From: a virus
Taxonomy: Duplodnaviria; Caudoviricetes
Virus record (IMG/VR): IMGVR_UViG_3300021255_002891
Location: 19,521 to 83,520 of that record
DNA: 64,000 nt
Direction: 5' to 3' (one strand)
The position numbers and the translations under genes were made by a program. The notes beneath the pieces were generated by a model, which was not told the DNA's origin, did not search any database, and saw nothing but the letters and a program-made list of their open reading frames with translations. This document shows, piece after piece, positions 40,697 to 50,573 of this stretch. Every line of letters starts with the position of its first letter. Within the stretch, counting starts at the first letter, position 1.

Positions 40697-42889
40697 TCAC
40701 ACGTTATTGTAATTTCTCATACTTTCCTCAACTTGTCTAGCTTCGTTGAACGAACTCACCCTCTTCAAGTATCCAATTATCCTGGTTAAGTAATCTATAT
40801 TATGACTGCCGCATTTAGGACACGTATCAATAGTATCTTTACTTATATAGCCGCAATCATTGCAAATGCTGTTTTTACAATTAAAAGTAAAATATGAACA
40901 GCCATATTCAGAAGCAACTTTCAAAAGTTGTCTATATTGCGCAAAAGATAAATGTTCATTTATATTAATATGACAAGCTTGTCCTCCATCTAACCATTTA
41001 ACGAAGTCATTACCATGTAACTTCATTTTATCTAAAATAGATAATGAATCATCTTCTGGGTTGAAAAAATAGCTGCTATACATAATGTGTTTTGGTGATA
41101 CATAGTATCCGTCTTTCTTATCCCAATTATAGTTCTTGTTTGAAAGGTTCTCACCAGGGACAAATTCACAGTTGTACATGCAGTCTCTAGTCTTATCCTT
41201 TCTATTTGAAATGTTGATGGTTTCAAGAACATTGTTCACAAACTCCTCATAATCAGCATTTAGATTAGGCTCTATGCCAAGGAATTCTGCTGCATCTGTC
41301 AAACCATTTACACCAACTGTAAGGTATTGCTTACGCATATTAATGAATCCAGCTCTATACACATCTAGCATCTTGGCATTGAGGAAATCCTTTATAATGT
41401 CATTAAATGCCCTTTGATACTTGTGTACTCTTTCAGTCATTTCGGTGATGCCGTTTGAAATGTACTCATACAGCACCTTTTTATCACTAACTTTATTGAT
41501 GTCAACCTTTGCACCGTTCTCTAGTTTAATACTTTCTATCTCTTCAAAATACTGTCTTGTAGCGTTCTGTATAACACGGTTAAGATTGATGGTCATAACT
41601 GACTTTGAACCAGTTGCTACGGACGCAGTACCCATAGAGAATTGGTGTGTGGTGTGGTTATGCTCATCATCCTCACCATCTTTAAGAGAGTTTCTAAGTC
41701 TGCAACATGAACTCAATGAATCTGGTGAGTCACTTAAATAGCAGAAGAACGAATGCCCTTCAGCCCACATTTCAGCAGTGAAATCAGCATATTCCTTATC
41801 AACTATATCATGGCCATCTGTAAGCATTGCCATTGTCTCTACTGGGAACGTCAACACATATTTGTTTCTTTCCTCATTAAACCACTTCATAAACTTCTTT
41901 TGAAGCCAAGACAGTGTTTCCCACTTTGGTGCTGTTCCATCTGGGAATCTGAATTCCCCAAATACTCCATCAAAATAGTTCTTGTCGAAATATCCGACAT
42001 TCCAAAATACAGTTTGATAACCACGATTACCTGCTGGCATGTTCATTGAATGAACTACTTGTTGGAATGCATTTTCAATGACTTGTTCAAGTGTTCTACC
42101 CTTTCTGTTTAGTTCAACAACCTTATCTAATATTGTTAGATAATCGTCACCATAGTCTTTTCTGATGAAATAATCCATATACATTAGGAATTCAGGTGTA
42201 GCCACAGCACCCATAAACTGTGATGACACAGAATATACAAGGTTTATAAACTCTCCACAATATGATTTAAGGTCGGTTGGGGCTTTTGACTGGCCACCTA
42301 GATTTCTTAATCCATCCACCAAGAACGGATACATTGTGATTGCCACGCAGTATGGGTATCCTGGAGTTCCACTCTCGTCATGCTTATATAACACATGACT
42401 TTCCAAGTCTTTAATGTACTGGTCTGCAAGTTTTTTAGAATATAATGCTCTAATTTTGTTGTGCATTATATATCTGTTCTGCATAATATTTTTCCCTTTA
42501 TGAAGCTCTTGGCCTAGGGTTACAACATTTTTGTTTTCTACATTGGCATTTGAGTCGTATTTTGAACCAGTTGATGCATTTGATGCGTTGATGTAATCTT
42601 GAATGAAATCTCTGTCTTTCTGCAACACATGCTGCTTACCTTCTTTTTCCTCATAGTTCTTAATGTAAGCTCTAGCCACTTTTTTGTTTACTGACATCAA
42701 AGCTTCTTCAACTTGTCTGCGTATTTCCTTTGAGCTTATCTTGTCATAAATGAAAAGATTCTTAATTAATGATTCAATAAGTCCATCAGGACAGACCTCA
42801 TTTACAGCTACATATGCCTCGCAAATTCCATGCTTTACCTTCGAAGGGTTATATTCTTCAAAGTATCCTTCGCTTTTTCGTACTTCCAT
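40697..42889 (-). CDS. nrdD: class III (anaerobic) ribonucleoside-triphosphate reductase
   Basis: N-terminal ATP cone, YC, SCCRL, Zn ribbon CNDC...CPKC and glycyl-radical loop RIIGYL. Confidence 0.95.
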   Translation of the reverse strand: MEVRKSEGYFEEYNPSKVKHGICEAYVAVNEVCPDGLIESLIKNLFIYDKISSKEIRRQVEEALMSVNKKVARAYIKNYEEKEGKQHVLQKDRDFIQDYINASNASTGSKYDSNANVENKNVVTLGQELHKGKNIMQNRYIMHNKIRALYSKKLADQYIKDLESHVLYKHDESGTPGYPYCVAITMYPFLVDGLRNLGGQSKAPTDLKSYCGEFINLVYSVSSQFMGAVATPEFLMYMDYFIRKDYGDDYLTILDKVVELNRKGRTLEQVIENAFQQVVHSMNMPAGNRGYQTVFWNVGYFDKNYFDGVFGEFRFPDGTAPKWETLSWLQKKFMKWFNEERNKYVLTFPVETMAMLTDGHDIVDKEYADFTAEMWAEGHSFFCYLSDSPDSLSSCCRLRNSLKDGEDDEHNHTTHQFSMGTASVATGSKSVMTINLNRVIQNATRQYFEEIESIKLENGAKVDINKVSDKKVLYEYISNGITEMTERVHKYQRAFNDIIKDFLNAKMLDVYRAGFINMRKQYLTVGVNGLTDAAEFLGIEPNLNADYEEFVNNVLETINISNRKDKTRDCMYNCEFVPGENLSNKNYNWDKKDGYYVSPKHIMYSSYFFNPEDDSLSILDKMKLHGNDFVKWLDGGQACHININEHLSFAQYRQLLKVASEYGCSYFTFNCKNSICNDCGYISKDTIDTCPKCGSHNIDYLTRIIGYLKRVSSFNEARQVEESMRNYNNV

Positions 42890-43010
42890 TAAAGCAAAAC
42901 GTTTTTATTCATTATTTTCATGTTCAATCGGTTAACCTTTTAAATTTTTTTCAATCTAGATGTAAGAATAAATATGCCAAAATCATTCAAAATTTTCCAA
43001 AAAATAAAAA

Positions 43011-43047
43011 AAAATTGGCCATCAAATTGTAAACCTTTGATAGCCAA
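43011..43047 (-). terminator. intrinsic terminator after the helicase
   Basis: RNA UUGGCUAUCAAA-loop-UUUGAUGGCCAA followed by a U-tract. Confidence 0.7.
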
Positions 43048-43109
43048 AATAATCTCTGAAAAAAAAATTTTTTTTAATTTTAGCACCAAAAAAACTATTT
43101 TTAGTATAT

Positions 43110-45599
43110 TTAATTAGTCTTTTTTGAAAAGCTTTTCACTATTTCAGCTTGGAGTTTTATCTTATCATCTTCCTTCTTTTTCTTAACCTCTAAAAGACTG
43201 TCCATTTCATTGACATTATCAGTGCTGATACGGCATGTACCGTTGTTGAACTCAACGTTATCAAAGACTTTTCCGCTCTTTCCTGCACGATTTTTAAGGA
43301 TAGCTATTGTTGCCTTATTGTCAGCGATGTCTTCTACAGTTCTTGCGATTGACATGATTACGTGAGCTATCTGTGCTTTCTTCACAGAACCGCCTATCTT
43401 ATCCATTGTAACCAACTCTAAGTTGATTGAGTCTTTTGTTCCTTGCGATGGAATCCAAATGGCCATATCAAGCTCGCCAGCCATTGCTTCAAACCTACGC
43501 ATGGTTTTACCTTCCTTTTCAAACTCGTTGGTGATTGACTTGTCAGTTTCATGCTCCAAACACTCGAAATAGTCAATAATTGTTAAGTCTGGTTTAAAAC
43601 CACTGTTTATCAACCTTTTGATATACCTTTCAATTTGCCTAGCTGTTTTTTCGCCACTTGGAAACTTAACAATTCTTAAATTCTTTTGAAGTTCTTCCTT
43701 CTGTGGAAAACTATCAATTGTAGCCCTTACATAATCTATGTTACTAGGTTTTGAAAGGTCTTTGGCTTCAATACCTGTAATACGTCCTATGTGCTTCCTT
43801 TGAATTTGCTTAATTCTATCCTCAAATACAATCTGCAAAACCTTATATCCGCTACAAGCTGCATGTGAAGCCATTGCAGTTGTTAAAGATGTGTTATGAG
43901 TCACAATGAAATTATCTGTTAAATAAAGTTCATCTTCAGCATCCACTTTAATACATTGCCCATCACATATTCTTGACTTCTCAACTCTATCAAAAAACCT
44001 TTCATCGCTACGCAATGTTCTATAAACAACTCTGTCTTGCTTCCTCTTTAATCTGAAAATTGGTATTGAACTATCACACAATGTAATAGTTACTTCATAA
44101 TGAGTGCCACAGTCTCTAATCTCATTATACTTTTTGTTAAAATATTTAGCTCGCTTTTCTCTAACTTTCGCAAAGCCACCAAGTGATAATACAAGAATTT
44201 TAATATCTTCTGCAAGTTGTTTTGACTTGGTATTAAAGCAAGAACACCCATTTTTCATGCAAGTACCGTCACTATCCATAAGTCCATTAAGAATCGCAAT
44301 TCTATCCTCTAATGAGCTATATAGATAATCTTCTGGAATATATTTTCCACTAGATGTTAAAGATAAATCAAAATATTTCGACAATTCTTTTTTCAAATTA
44401 GCGCCATAGCTCAATGAAAATGCCCTATTTTTTCTTTCATACAAATTGAATTTAAAATTACATTCTGACAATAATTTAGAAGATTCATCAATATCTTCTT
44501 TTCCAACAGTTATTGTTGCACCATTAAAATTACCATCGCCTATTAAATACCCCATCAAATATGAGTCAATGGAAAGGTTTCTTTTTTCGAATTCGACAGG
44601 ACTACACATTGGAATTTTAAAATTGTGCCTACCTCTTTTAAAAAGACCCTTTTTGACAATATCTTCCAAAGATAATACCTTAAATGAATGGTCTTGAACA
44701 TAACGTTTATCATTCCTATTCTTAGATACACCGCGTATGTATTTCTTTCCACTTCTTTGATAATAAGAATTTACTGCCCACAAATGTTCTTTTCCGCATT
44801 CACACGAAACACCATCTGAAAATGTAACTTTATAGAATTGCCAATTTTTATGAGGATAAACACCAATAACTTTAGTTGGTTTACCATTACTTCCAATTAC
44901 ATAATCACCAACCTTAATATCACCCATATTCTTAAAACCATTTGGCGTAACTATCTTAGAATCAAAAGGTTGTACTTTACCAAAACTCGTTGGGCCGATG
45001 ATAACTCCTAACTCACCTTTACCTAGACCACCCTCTAATACCTCGTCAATTTTACCAATACCTGTTGGAATTGGAACTCTATAATCATCCGAAAGAGTTT
45101 CATTCAAATGGTCAAACAAACTCTCCCCAAAATCATTGTGAATGCCCTTTGCCATTGCATCGTTCAAAAGGCCGACACAAGCCTCATATTTATCGGTATC
45201 GCCATTACCAGCTATTTTCAGTATTTCATTGGCAGTTTTGATTATGTTTTGTTGCCTAAAGAATTTTTCTGCCAACTCTCTTATCCTTTCCACACCATCA
45301 CTTTCTGTAGTCTTGACTTTTTCAAGAATTGCGAGATAAATTTCAGTCTCTTTTTCTGAGTGTGAAATATCTCGCAATTCAATTTCCATCATTCCATATG
45401 AGGGAACATTACCTTTCCTCTCATAGTAGTTTTTCATAACTCCTACAAATGTTTTCAGATTTGGGTCAGTAAACATATTTTGGTCTAATATGGCGCTCAA
45501 ATCCTCAAAAAATGTGTGGTTTTCCATGAACTCATGGGCAAGTCTATACTGAAATCCTTCACCTAGATACCCTAAGTTGTTTTTATTTTGAGCCATCAA
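43110..45599 (-). CDS. dnaB: replicative DnaB/gp41-like helicase with intein
   Basis: PTG...D..L.GG...GEL; Walker A GPTSFGK/T split by the intein; IIDY; SQG; KNR.G. Confidence 0.92.
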   Translation of the reverse strand: MMAQNKNNLGYLGEGFQYRLAHEFMENHTFFEDLSAILDQNMFTDPNLKTFVGVMKNYYERKGNVPSYGMMEIELRDISHSEKETEIYLAILEKVKTTESDGVERIRELAEKFFRQQNIIKTANEILKIAGNGDTDKYEACVGLLNDAMAKGIHNDFGESLFDHLNETLSDDYRVPIPTGIGKIDEVLEGGLGKGELGVIIGPTSFGKVQPFDSKIVTPNGFKNMGDIKVGDYVIGSNGKPTKVIGVYPHKNWQFYKVTFSDGVSCECGKEHLWAVNSYYQRSGKKYIRGVSKNRNDKRYVQDHSFKVLSLEDIVKKGLFKRGRHNFKIPMCSPVEFEKRNLSIDSYLMGYLIGDGNFNGATITVGKEDIDESSKLLSECNFKFNLYERKNRAFSLSYGANLKKELSKYFDLSLTSSGKYIPEDYLYSSLEDRIAILNGLMDSDGTCMKNGCSCFNTKSKQLAEDIKILVLSLGGFAKVREKRAKYFNKKYNEIRDCGTHYEVTITLCDSSIPIFRLKRKQDRVVYRTLRSDERFFDRVEKSRICDGQCIKVDAEDELYLTDNFIVTHNTSLTTAMASHAACSGYKVLQIVFEDRIKQIQRKHIGRITGIEAKDLSKPSNIDYVRATIDSFPQKEELQKNLRIVKFPSGEKTARQIERYIKRLINSGFKPDLTIIDYFECLEHETDKSITNEFEKEGKTMRRFEAMAGELDMAIWIPSQGTKDSINLELVTMDKIGGSVKKAQIAHVIMSIARTVEDIADNKATIAILKNRAGKSGKVFDNVEFNNGTCRISTDNVNEMDSLLEVKKKKEDDKIKLQAEIVKSFSKKTN
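43893..44975 (-). mobile_element. intein (361 aa) with LAGLIDADG homing endonuclease, class-3 type
   Basis: Begins VQPFDSKIVTP immediately after GK and ends VTHN|T. LAGLIDADG motifs GYLIGDG and GLMDSDG; block B EHLW; block F GQCIKV. Confidence 0.92.
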
Positions 45600-45620
45600 A
45601 AACCAATTTACTATGATTAT

Positions 45621-46415
45621 TTAGTATAAATTCTTAAAATATTTGTCTGTTTTCCTTTGAACTGAACGTTCCCAATCCCTTTCCATCTTCTTATTGGCAA
45701 GGTACAAGCTGTATGAATACTTCTTAGGTTTTGATGGGTCTCCAGACTTTTTGTCATTTCCATACTCTTCAATGACAGTGTAGTTACTCAAATATTTGTT
45801 GTTGTCTTTAGGGTCAAAATAACCCTTCTGACTGTTCTTAATCTCCTCCTTTGACGGAGAACAAGCCTCACAAATCTTCTTGGTAATCTGCAACAACACA
45901 TCAGGCTTGTCAATTATCATAGCCCTCAACACCTCATGCTCAAATGAAAGACGGTCTTCGTTTGACTTAAAGAACGAATCCTTGTCATAAGCATACGTCT
46001 GTCCTTCCTTTGTAGTGACCTTTACAGTCTTGTTGCCCAAATCAACCTTTTCACGAATATACTTAGGATAAGCATATCCATCCCAAATCTTAGTGATTAC
46101 ATCACGCTTGTTGTCAGAAATGACAAGCTTGAAAGTGCAAACCCAAGGGTCAATTAGCGGAGAATGGAACTCATCGGTCTCATCTTGCATCTGTGGATTA
46201 TAGTAATACCACGTGTAAACCCTACTCTTTGACTTCAAATCGTCATCAATAATTTTCACGATTTCATCTACCTTTTCCTTGAACTCCAACGTGTTCATGC
46301 TGTTTTCAATGAAATTGTAGATTCTAAAATTTCTCTTACAAATGATGTTGTCGTTTACATAGACGGTAAACTCAAACCTCTCTTCTTTGTAATCTTTGAT
46401 TTCTTTGTTTTCCAT
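45621..46415 (-). CDS. hypothetical protein upstream of the helicase
   Basis: 264-aa ORF with its own promoter and C-ending codon bias. Confidence 0.8.
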   Translation of the reverse strand: MENKEIKDYKEERFEFTVYVNDNIICKRNFRIYNFIENSMNTLEFKEKVDEIVKIIDDDLKSKSRVYTWYYYNPQMQDETDEFHSPLIDPWVCTFKLVISDNKRDVITKIWDGYAYPKYIREKVDLGNKTVKVTTKEGQTYAYDKDSFFKSNEDRLSFEHEVLRAMIIDKPDVLLQITKKICEACSPSKEEIKNSQKGYFDPKDNNKYLSNYTVIEEYGNDKKSGDPSKPKKYSYSLYLANKKMERDWERSVQRKTDKYFKNLY

Positions 46416-46472
46416 AAAAAAATTGTTAAAAGTTAAACATATGTGAATACTCTCGTTTTTTAAATTTCAATG

Positions 46473-46504
46473 CAAAGATATGAAAAAAAATGTTAAAATC
46501 CAAA
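46473..46504 (-). promoter_or_regulatory. Bacteroidota sigma-A-type promoter
   Basis: TTTG (46501-46504), 20 nt, TATCTTTG (46473-46480). Confidence 0.75.
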
Positions 46505-46511
46505 ATTTAAT

Positions 46512-47672
46512 TTAACTTTTTTTAAAAAATTCTTGGAAGCGCCTTTTTTCCATCATTATTATCCTAGAGTATGGCGAAAACACTTCACTGAACTTATTTT
46601 CATCTGAAAGTTGACTCATTTCGTTTTCATTTATTATCATATATACATTCTTCATATCCCTATCACTTGTATCTATGGGAGCATATAGTACATCCGAAAG
46701 TTCCTTAACAGCCTCATCGGTCATTAACGGTTCGGACAAATCAATTATTTTTTGATTGATTTCATACAGCTTATCTCCTTGACACCCATCTGTGATTCCG
46801 TTAACGATGTTTTCAAGCGATTTGAGCGGTTTTTTCTTGGCTTCCTTCCTCTCTTCCAACAACTCCTTAGAACGCGCTATAACGGCCTTTAAATCCATTT
46901 TTTCAGTCTTAATCTGAGGAAAGAGTTTAATCAATGTCTGCTCACCAATACCCTTAACACCTTTTATGTTATCAGACACATCACCACACAGAACTTTTTC
47001 AAGCACAACATTCTCATGTGTAATGCCTATCTTCTCAACTGAGTTATCCTTTGTTACGAAATCCTTCATTCTAGGGTTGTACACTATGACATCTTCGCAT
47101 ATCAACTGTGTTAGGTCTTTGTCAGAAGAGACAATTACAATCTTTTCATTCTCTTGCCTATTCTTGACACAATAGCTTATTATATCATCACCCTCTACGT
47201 TCTCAAATTCGTATTGTCTGACACAAAGTTCTTCCAATATGCTGTTTATTATGGATTTTTGCCTCTTGAAGGACAATTCCTCTTCTTTCTTCAGCTTATT
47301 GGCGTTATAATCCAAAACCATTTTTTGGTAGGCTATCAGTTTTTTTTCATAATCACTTAAATTTGGGTCATGCAACTCATAGTGCTTGTCTCTGTTGGCT
47401 TTATAGTCCTCGTACAGCTTCCATCTGAGCACGCCACTACCTGTACCATCCCAACACACTGTACAATAATTGAAATCCTTCTTATTCAATATAGTGCCTA
47501 GTATTCTTAGGAATGACACAACTGCACCATACTCTTGGCCGCTACTGTTCATGGTTTTATCAACTAGGGATATTTTCAATAGGTTGTTTCCATCAACAAC
47601 TAAACTGTATATGGCTTCCTTATTGGAAACACTATTTGCCACTGCTCTACTTTTCTTTATCGGTTGTTTCAT
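46512..47672 (-). CDS. 5'-3' exonuclease / flap endonuclease (T4 RNase H-like)
   Basis: VDGNN, CWDG, YKANR, EGDD, SSDKDLTQL, GDVSDNIKGVKGIGE. Confidence 0.92.
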   Translation of the reverse strand: MKQPIKKSRAVANSVSNKEAIYSLVVDGNNLLKISLVDKTMNSSGQEYGAVVSFLRILGTILNKKDFNYCTVCWDGTGSGVLRWKLYEDYKANRDKHYELHDPNLSDYEKKLIAYQKMVLDYNANKLKKEEELSFKRQKSIINSILEELCVRQYEFENVEGDDIISYCVKNRQENEKIVIVSSDKDLTQLICEDVIVYNPRMKDFVTKDNSVEKIGITHENVVLEKVLCGDVSDNIKGVKGIGEQTLIKLFPQIKTEKMDLKAVIARSKELLEERKEAKKKPLKSLENIVNGITDGCQGDKLYEINQKIIDLSEPLMTDEAVKELSDVLYAPIDTSDRDMKNVYMIINENEMSQLSDENKFSEVFSPYSRIIMMEKRRFQEFFKKS

Positions 47673-48033
47673 ACTCTACTACTCTAACTGAAAGATTCTT
47701 CTCTTTCATTATATCTATCATATGCTTAGTTCCATGAGACTTGCCATCCCAAAATGCAATTAAAGCATCTGCAATTTTAGCCATCTGTTCGTTTCTGCGA
47801 AAGCCAGCAGACTTGCCATATTTATCCCATTGGGCAGGATATACCTCCAAGTCAAAACCCTCTTCTTTGGCATATTTTTCACCCAACGTATCAGCACCGC
47901 GTGCATTACCACTTATCACAACAATATTGGAATTTTGCCTCTTATCCCTAAGATATTTGTTGCACTGTTCCTTCAACAGTTTGTAATTGCTGAAACCACG
48001 TGAGCCAGCTATGATTACTTTAAAGTTTTCCAT
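47647..48033 (-). CDS. SLOG-family protein (DUF2493/YspA-like)
   Basis: VIIAGSR, SGNARGAD, WDKYGKSAG.RRN, AFWDGKS.GT. Start set at MENFK. Confidence 0.85.
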   Translation of the reverse strand: MENFKVIIAGSRGFSNYKLLKEQCNKYLRDKRQNSNIVVISGNARGADTLGEKYAKEEGFDLEVYPAQWDKYGKSAGFRRNEQMAKIADALIAFWDGKSHGTKHMIDIMKEKNLSVRVVEYETTDKEK

Positions 48034-48048
48034 AATTACTAGTTTACG

Positions 48049-48080
48049 CAAAAATATGTAAAAAATGTTTAAAATCCAAA
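48049..48080 (-). promoter_or_regulatory. Bacteroidota sigma-A-type promoter
   Basis: TTTG (48077-48080), 20 nt, TATTTTTG (48049-48056). Confidence 0.75.
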
Positions 48081-48118
48081 TTATTTTAATATTTATTATC
48101 AAAAATAGTATAATAAAT

Positions 48119-50536
48119 ATGAATAAAAAGACTCTTTTTGAAGAAATTGTCGAAAAAGTATTTGAGGGGAGCGACCCAAAACTTATCAAAGAAGGTGATA
48201 GTGTTTATTCCTATGCTGCAAAACAAGCACTCAGCGATAGGTTAAATGCCTACAATGATAAAAATGGATTTAATATGGGTAGCTATGCAAAAAATTTCGG
48301 CATAAGCTTAGACAATGGGGCAGCTAGAAACAAATATGGAGAAGACATGCTAAAGAAGCATGGCTCTTACGAAGCAGCAATTAAGTCAATGAATCCTGAA
48401 ATTAAAGCTGCCATAGATGCAATTAGAAAACTTAAAGACCCAACAGTGTCAAAAGAAGAAAAAAATGCCATATACAGACGTTACGGTGGTGCTAGCGGAT
48501 TGCAGAGATACAAAGATATGTTGGATAAAATGAGTTTGACCCCAACATATGACATTAACAACCCCAAAGAAAGTGGAATAAATGTTGCACCATTTGGAAC
48601 TAACTATAAGGCTGTAAACTCAGATGGAGAAGAATATTTGTCAAAAGAAAAGCCAATGGCAACGCCAGAGAAACCAGCTGACAAAATTGTTGGATATGAT
48701 TATGAAAACATTGATTTAACGGATGTGCCTATTGATGATATATTAAAGTACTTTAAAAGTGGAACAAGGTCAAAAAAATATGGTAATATGGTTGATATGA
48801 TTAGGGCAGCAATGGAAGAGGCAGAAAAAAATGGTGGAGAAATAGACGAAAACACACAAAATATGTTGGATGGATTAAAAAATCTATATTTCAAAGCTGA
48901 ATTCAATAAGCTATTAAATAGTAAATTCGGCTACGATTTTAGAATCCCTACATCAATCTACACATATGGTAACTCAAAACTTCCAGATGACACATTGGTT
49001 ATCAATTTCACTAGCGCGCATAGATGCCCTGCATGGAATGAATGTCTTGTAGGTTACGCTTGCTATGCAAGAGGCTCTGAGCATAACTATGAAGGGCTTC
49101 ATAATAAAAACTCAAACCTACACTTAATGTGGGCTGCTTCACATGATGACCCAGAGTTGTTAAAAGCAATGTTTAGAGTCATTAAAATGTATCTAGTAAA
49201 CCCAGGTATAATGGCATCAACATTACTTAATAATCCTTTAACTAGTGAAAAATGGATTAATTTCTTAAACAACTATCAAGGCGAACTAGGTGCTATAAAT
49301 GCAAAATCAATCAACGCAAATATAAACAATAACTCAATAGTTAAATTAGCACCATTTAAAGTGCCATCCAAAAAAGACAAAAATGTTGCTGCTGACGATG
49401 ATGAAATGTATGAAAACACCAAAAAAGGTAAGCTAATCGAAGCTAGCAGAAGGCCACCAAAACCAAAAAGGCCAAAAGGTGCTTCTGATATGCTAGGAAG
49501 GTATATATACAACAGTAATTTCTCAGACATTTTTGATAAGAAAGACTTAAAAGTCATCAGAACAAACCCAAGATGTTTAAAAGGACATTTCATAAGGCTT
49601 AATGAGGAAGGTGACTTTATAGGGCAATGGCTTCTAGATGCCGTAGATGATTTGGCAGGAGAACTCAAACTTTTAGGCATTTCTACGACAGCTTACACTT
49701 GCAGAAACCTTAACTACACCAAAATTAAAAATATTATCCTTAATGCATCTACATTAAACGTAGGTACTAAAGGCGAAAAAGAAGGTGAAGTATCAAACTC
49801 AATCGCTAGAAGATTCTTTGCCGTAAGCACTGAACTATACAACAAATTGGAAGACACTTATGTTCCAAGTGGAAGGAAACTTAGAATTCAAAGACCAGAA
49901 AATCCTAAAGATGTTGAAAAAGGTGACTGGGATGGTACAAAAGAACTTATACCTTTAAGTAGTAATGGAAGAGTCAAATATGATTTGAAGCCATTTACCT
50001 TGACAAACCTAGAGACAAATGCCACATCAGTAGTCCAATATACTGATAGATTTGACCCTAGCGGTAATCCTACAGTTAAAAATAGACTATACTATAAATG
50101 TCCTTGTGGAAGACACGGAGACGTTTTGAAAAATGGAAAACCAATCAAAATGAACTGTTACCTATGCAGAATGTGTTATGAACCAAAAAATCAAAATGTA
50201 GGTGAAATATATGTATTGGTTGAAGTTCATGGTGACAACATCGACTCATTCAACATGAACAAAGCAAATAATGCAAGAGGAATTGATAACACTATGTCAA
50301 CATACAGAGAAGCTAGGGAAATCTTCAATAACAGACTAAGTGAACAACATGCAATGTCTGAAAAACTTGGAATGAAGATGATAAGCCAATACGGTATAAA
50401 CAGTGTTAAAACGCATCTTTCAGAAATTGCAGCAAACGATTCAATTAACAGAGAAATGGCAGAAAACACTTTCAAAAACTTTATAAATAGAATTAATGAA
50501 AGTGACAAGAAAAACCAAATGACAATAATTGACTAA
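48119..50536 (+). CDS. large GP88-like Cys-cluster protein with long N-terminal extension
   Basis: CPAWNECLVGYACYARG, IRLNEEGDF...AYT and a C-terminal CPC...CYLCRMC. Start set at MNKKTLF. Confidence 0.6.
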   Translation: MNKKTLFEEIVEKVFEGSDPKLIKEGDSVYSYAAKQALSDRLNAYNDKNGFNMGSYAKNFGISLDNGAARNKYGEDMLKKHGSYEAAIKSMNPEIKAAIDAIRKLKDPTVSKEEKNAIYRRYGGASGLQRYKDMLDKMSLTPTYDINNPKESGINVAPFGTNYKAVNSDGEEYLSKEKPMATPEKPADKIVGYDYENIDLTDVPIDDILKYFKSGTRSKKYGNMVDMIRAAMEEAEKNGGEIDENTQNMLDGLKNLYFKAEFNKLLNSKFGYDFRIPTSIYTYGNSKLPDDTLVINFTSAHRCPAWNECLVGYACYARGSEHNYEGLHNKNSNLHLMWAASHDDPELLKAMFRVIKMYLVNPGIMASTLLNNPLTSEKWINFLNNYQGELGAINAKSINANINNNSIVKLAPFKVPSKKDKNVAADDDEMYENTKKGKLIEASRRPPKPKRPKGASDMLGRYIYNSNFSDIFDKKDLKVIRTNPRCLKGHFIRLNEEGDFIGQWLLDAVDDLAGELKLLGISTTAYTCRNLNYTKIKNIILNASTLNVGTKGEKEGEVSNSIARRFFAVSTELYNKLEDTYVPSGRKLRIQRPENPKDVEKGDWDGTKELIPLSSNGRVKYDLKPFTLTNLETNATSVVQYTDRFDPSGNPTVKNRLYYKCPCGRHGDVLKNGKPIKMNCYLCRMCYEPKNQNVGEIYVLVEVHGDNIDSFNMNKANNARGIDNTMSTYREAREIFNNRLSEQHAMSEKLGMKMISQYGINSVKTHLSEIAANDSINREMAENTFKNFINRINESDKKNQMTIID

Positions 50537-50538
50537 AC

Positions 50539-50573
50539 AAAATGAGTGAACTTTAATAGTTCACTCATTTTTA
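50539..50573. terminator. bidirectional intrinsic terminator
   Basis: AAAATGAGTGAAC-tttaata-GTTCACTCATTTT between convergent genes. Confidence 0.85.
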
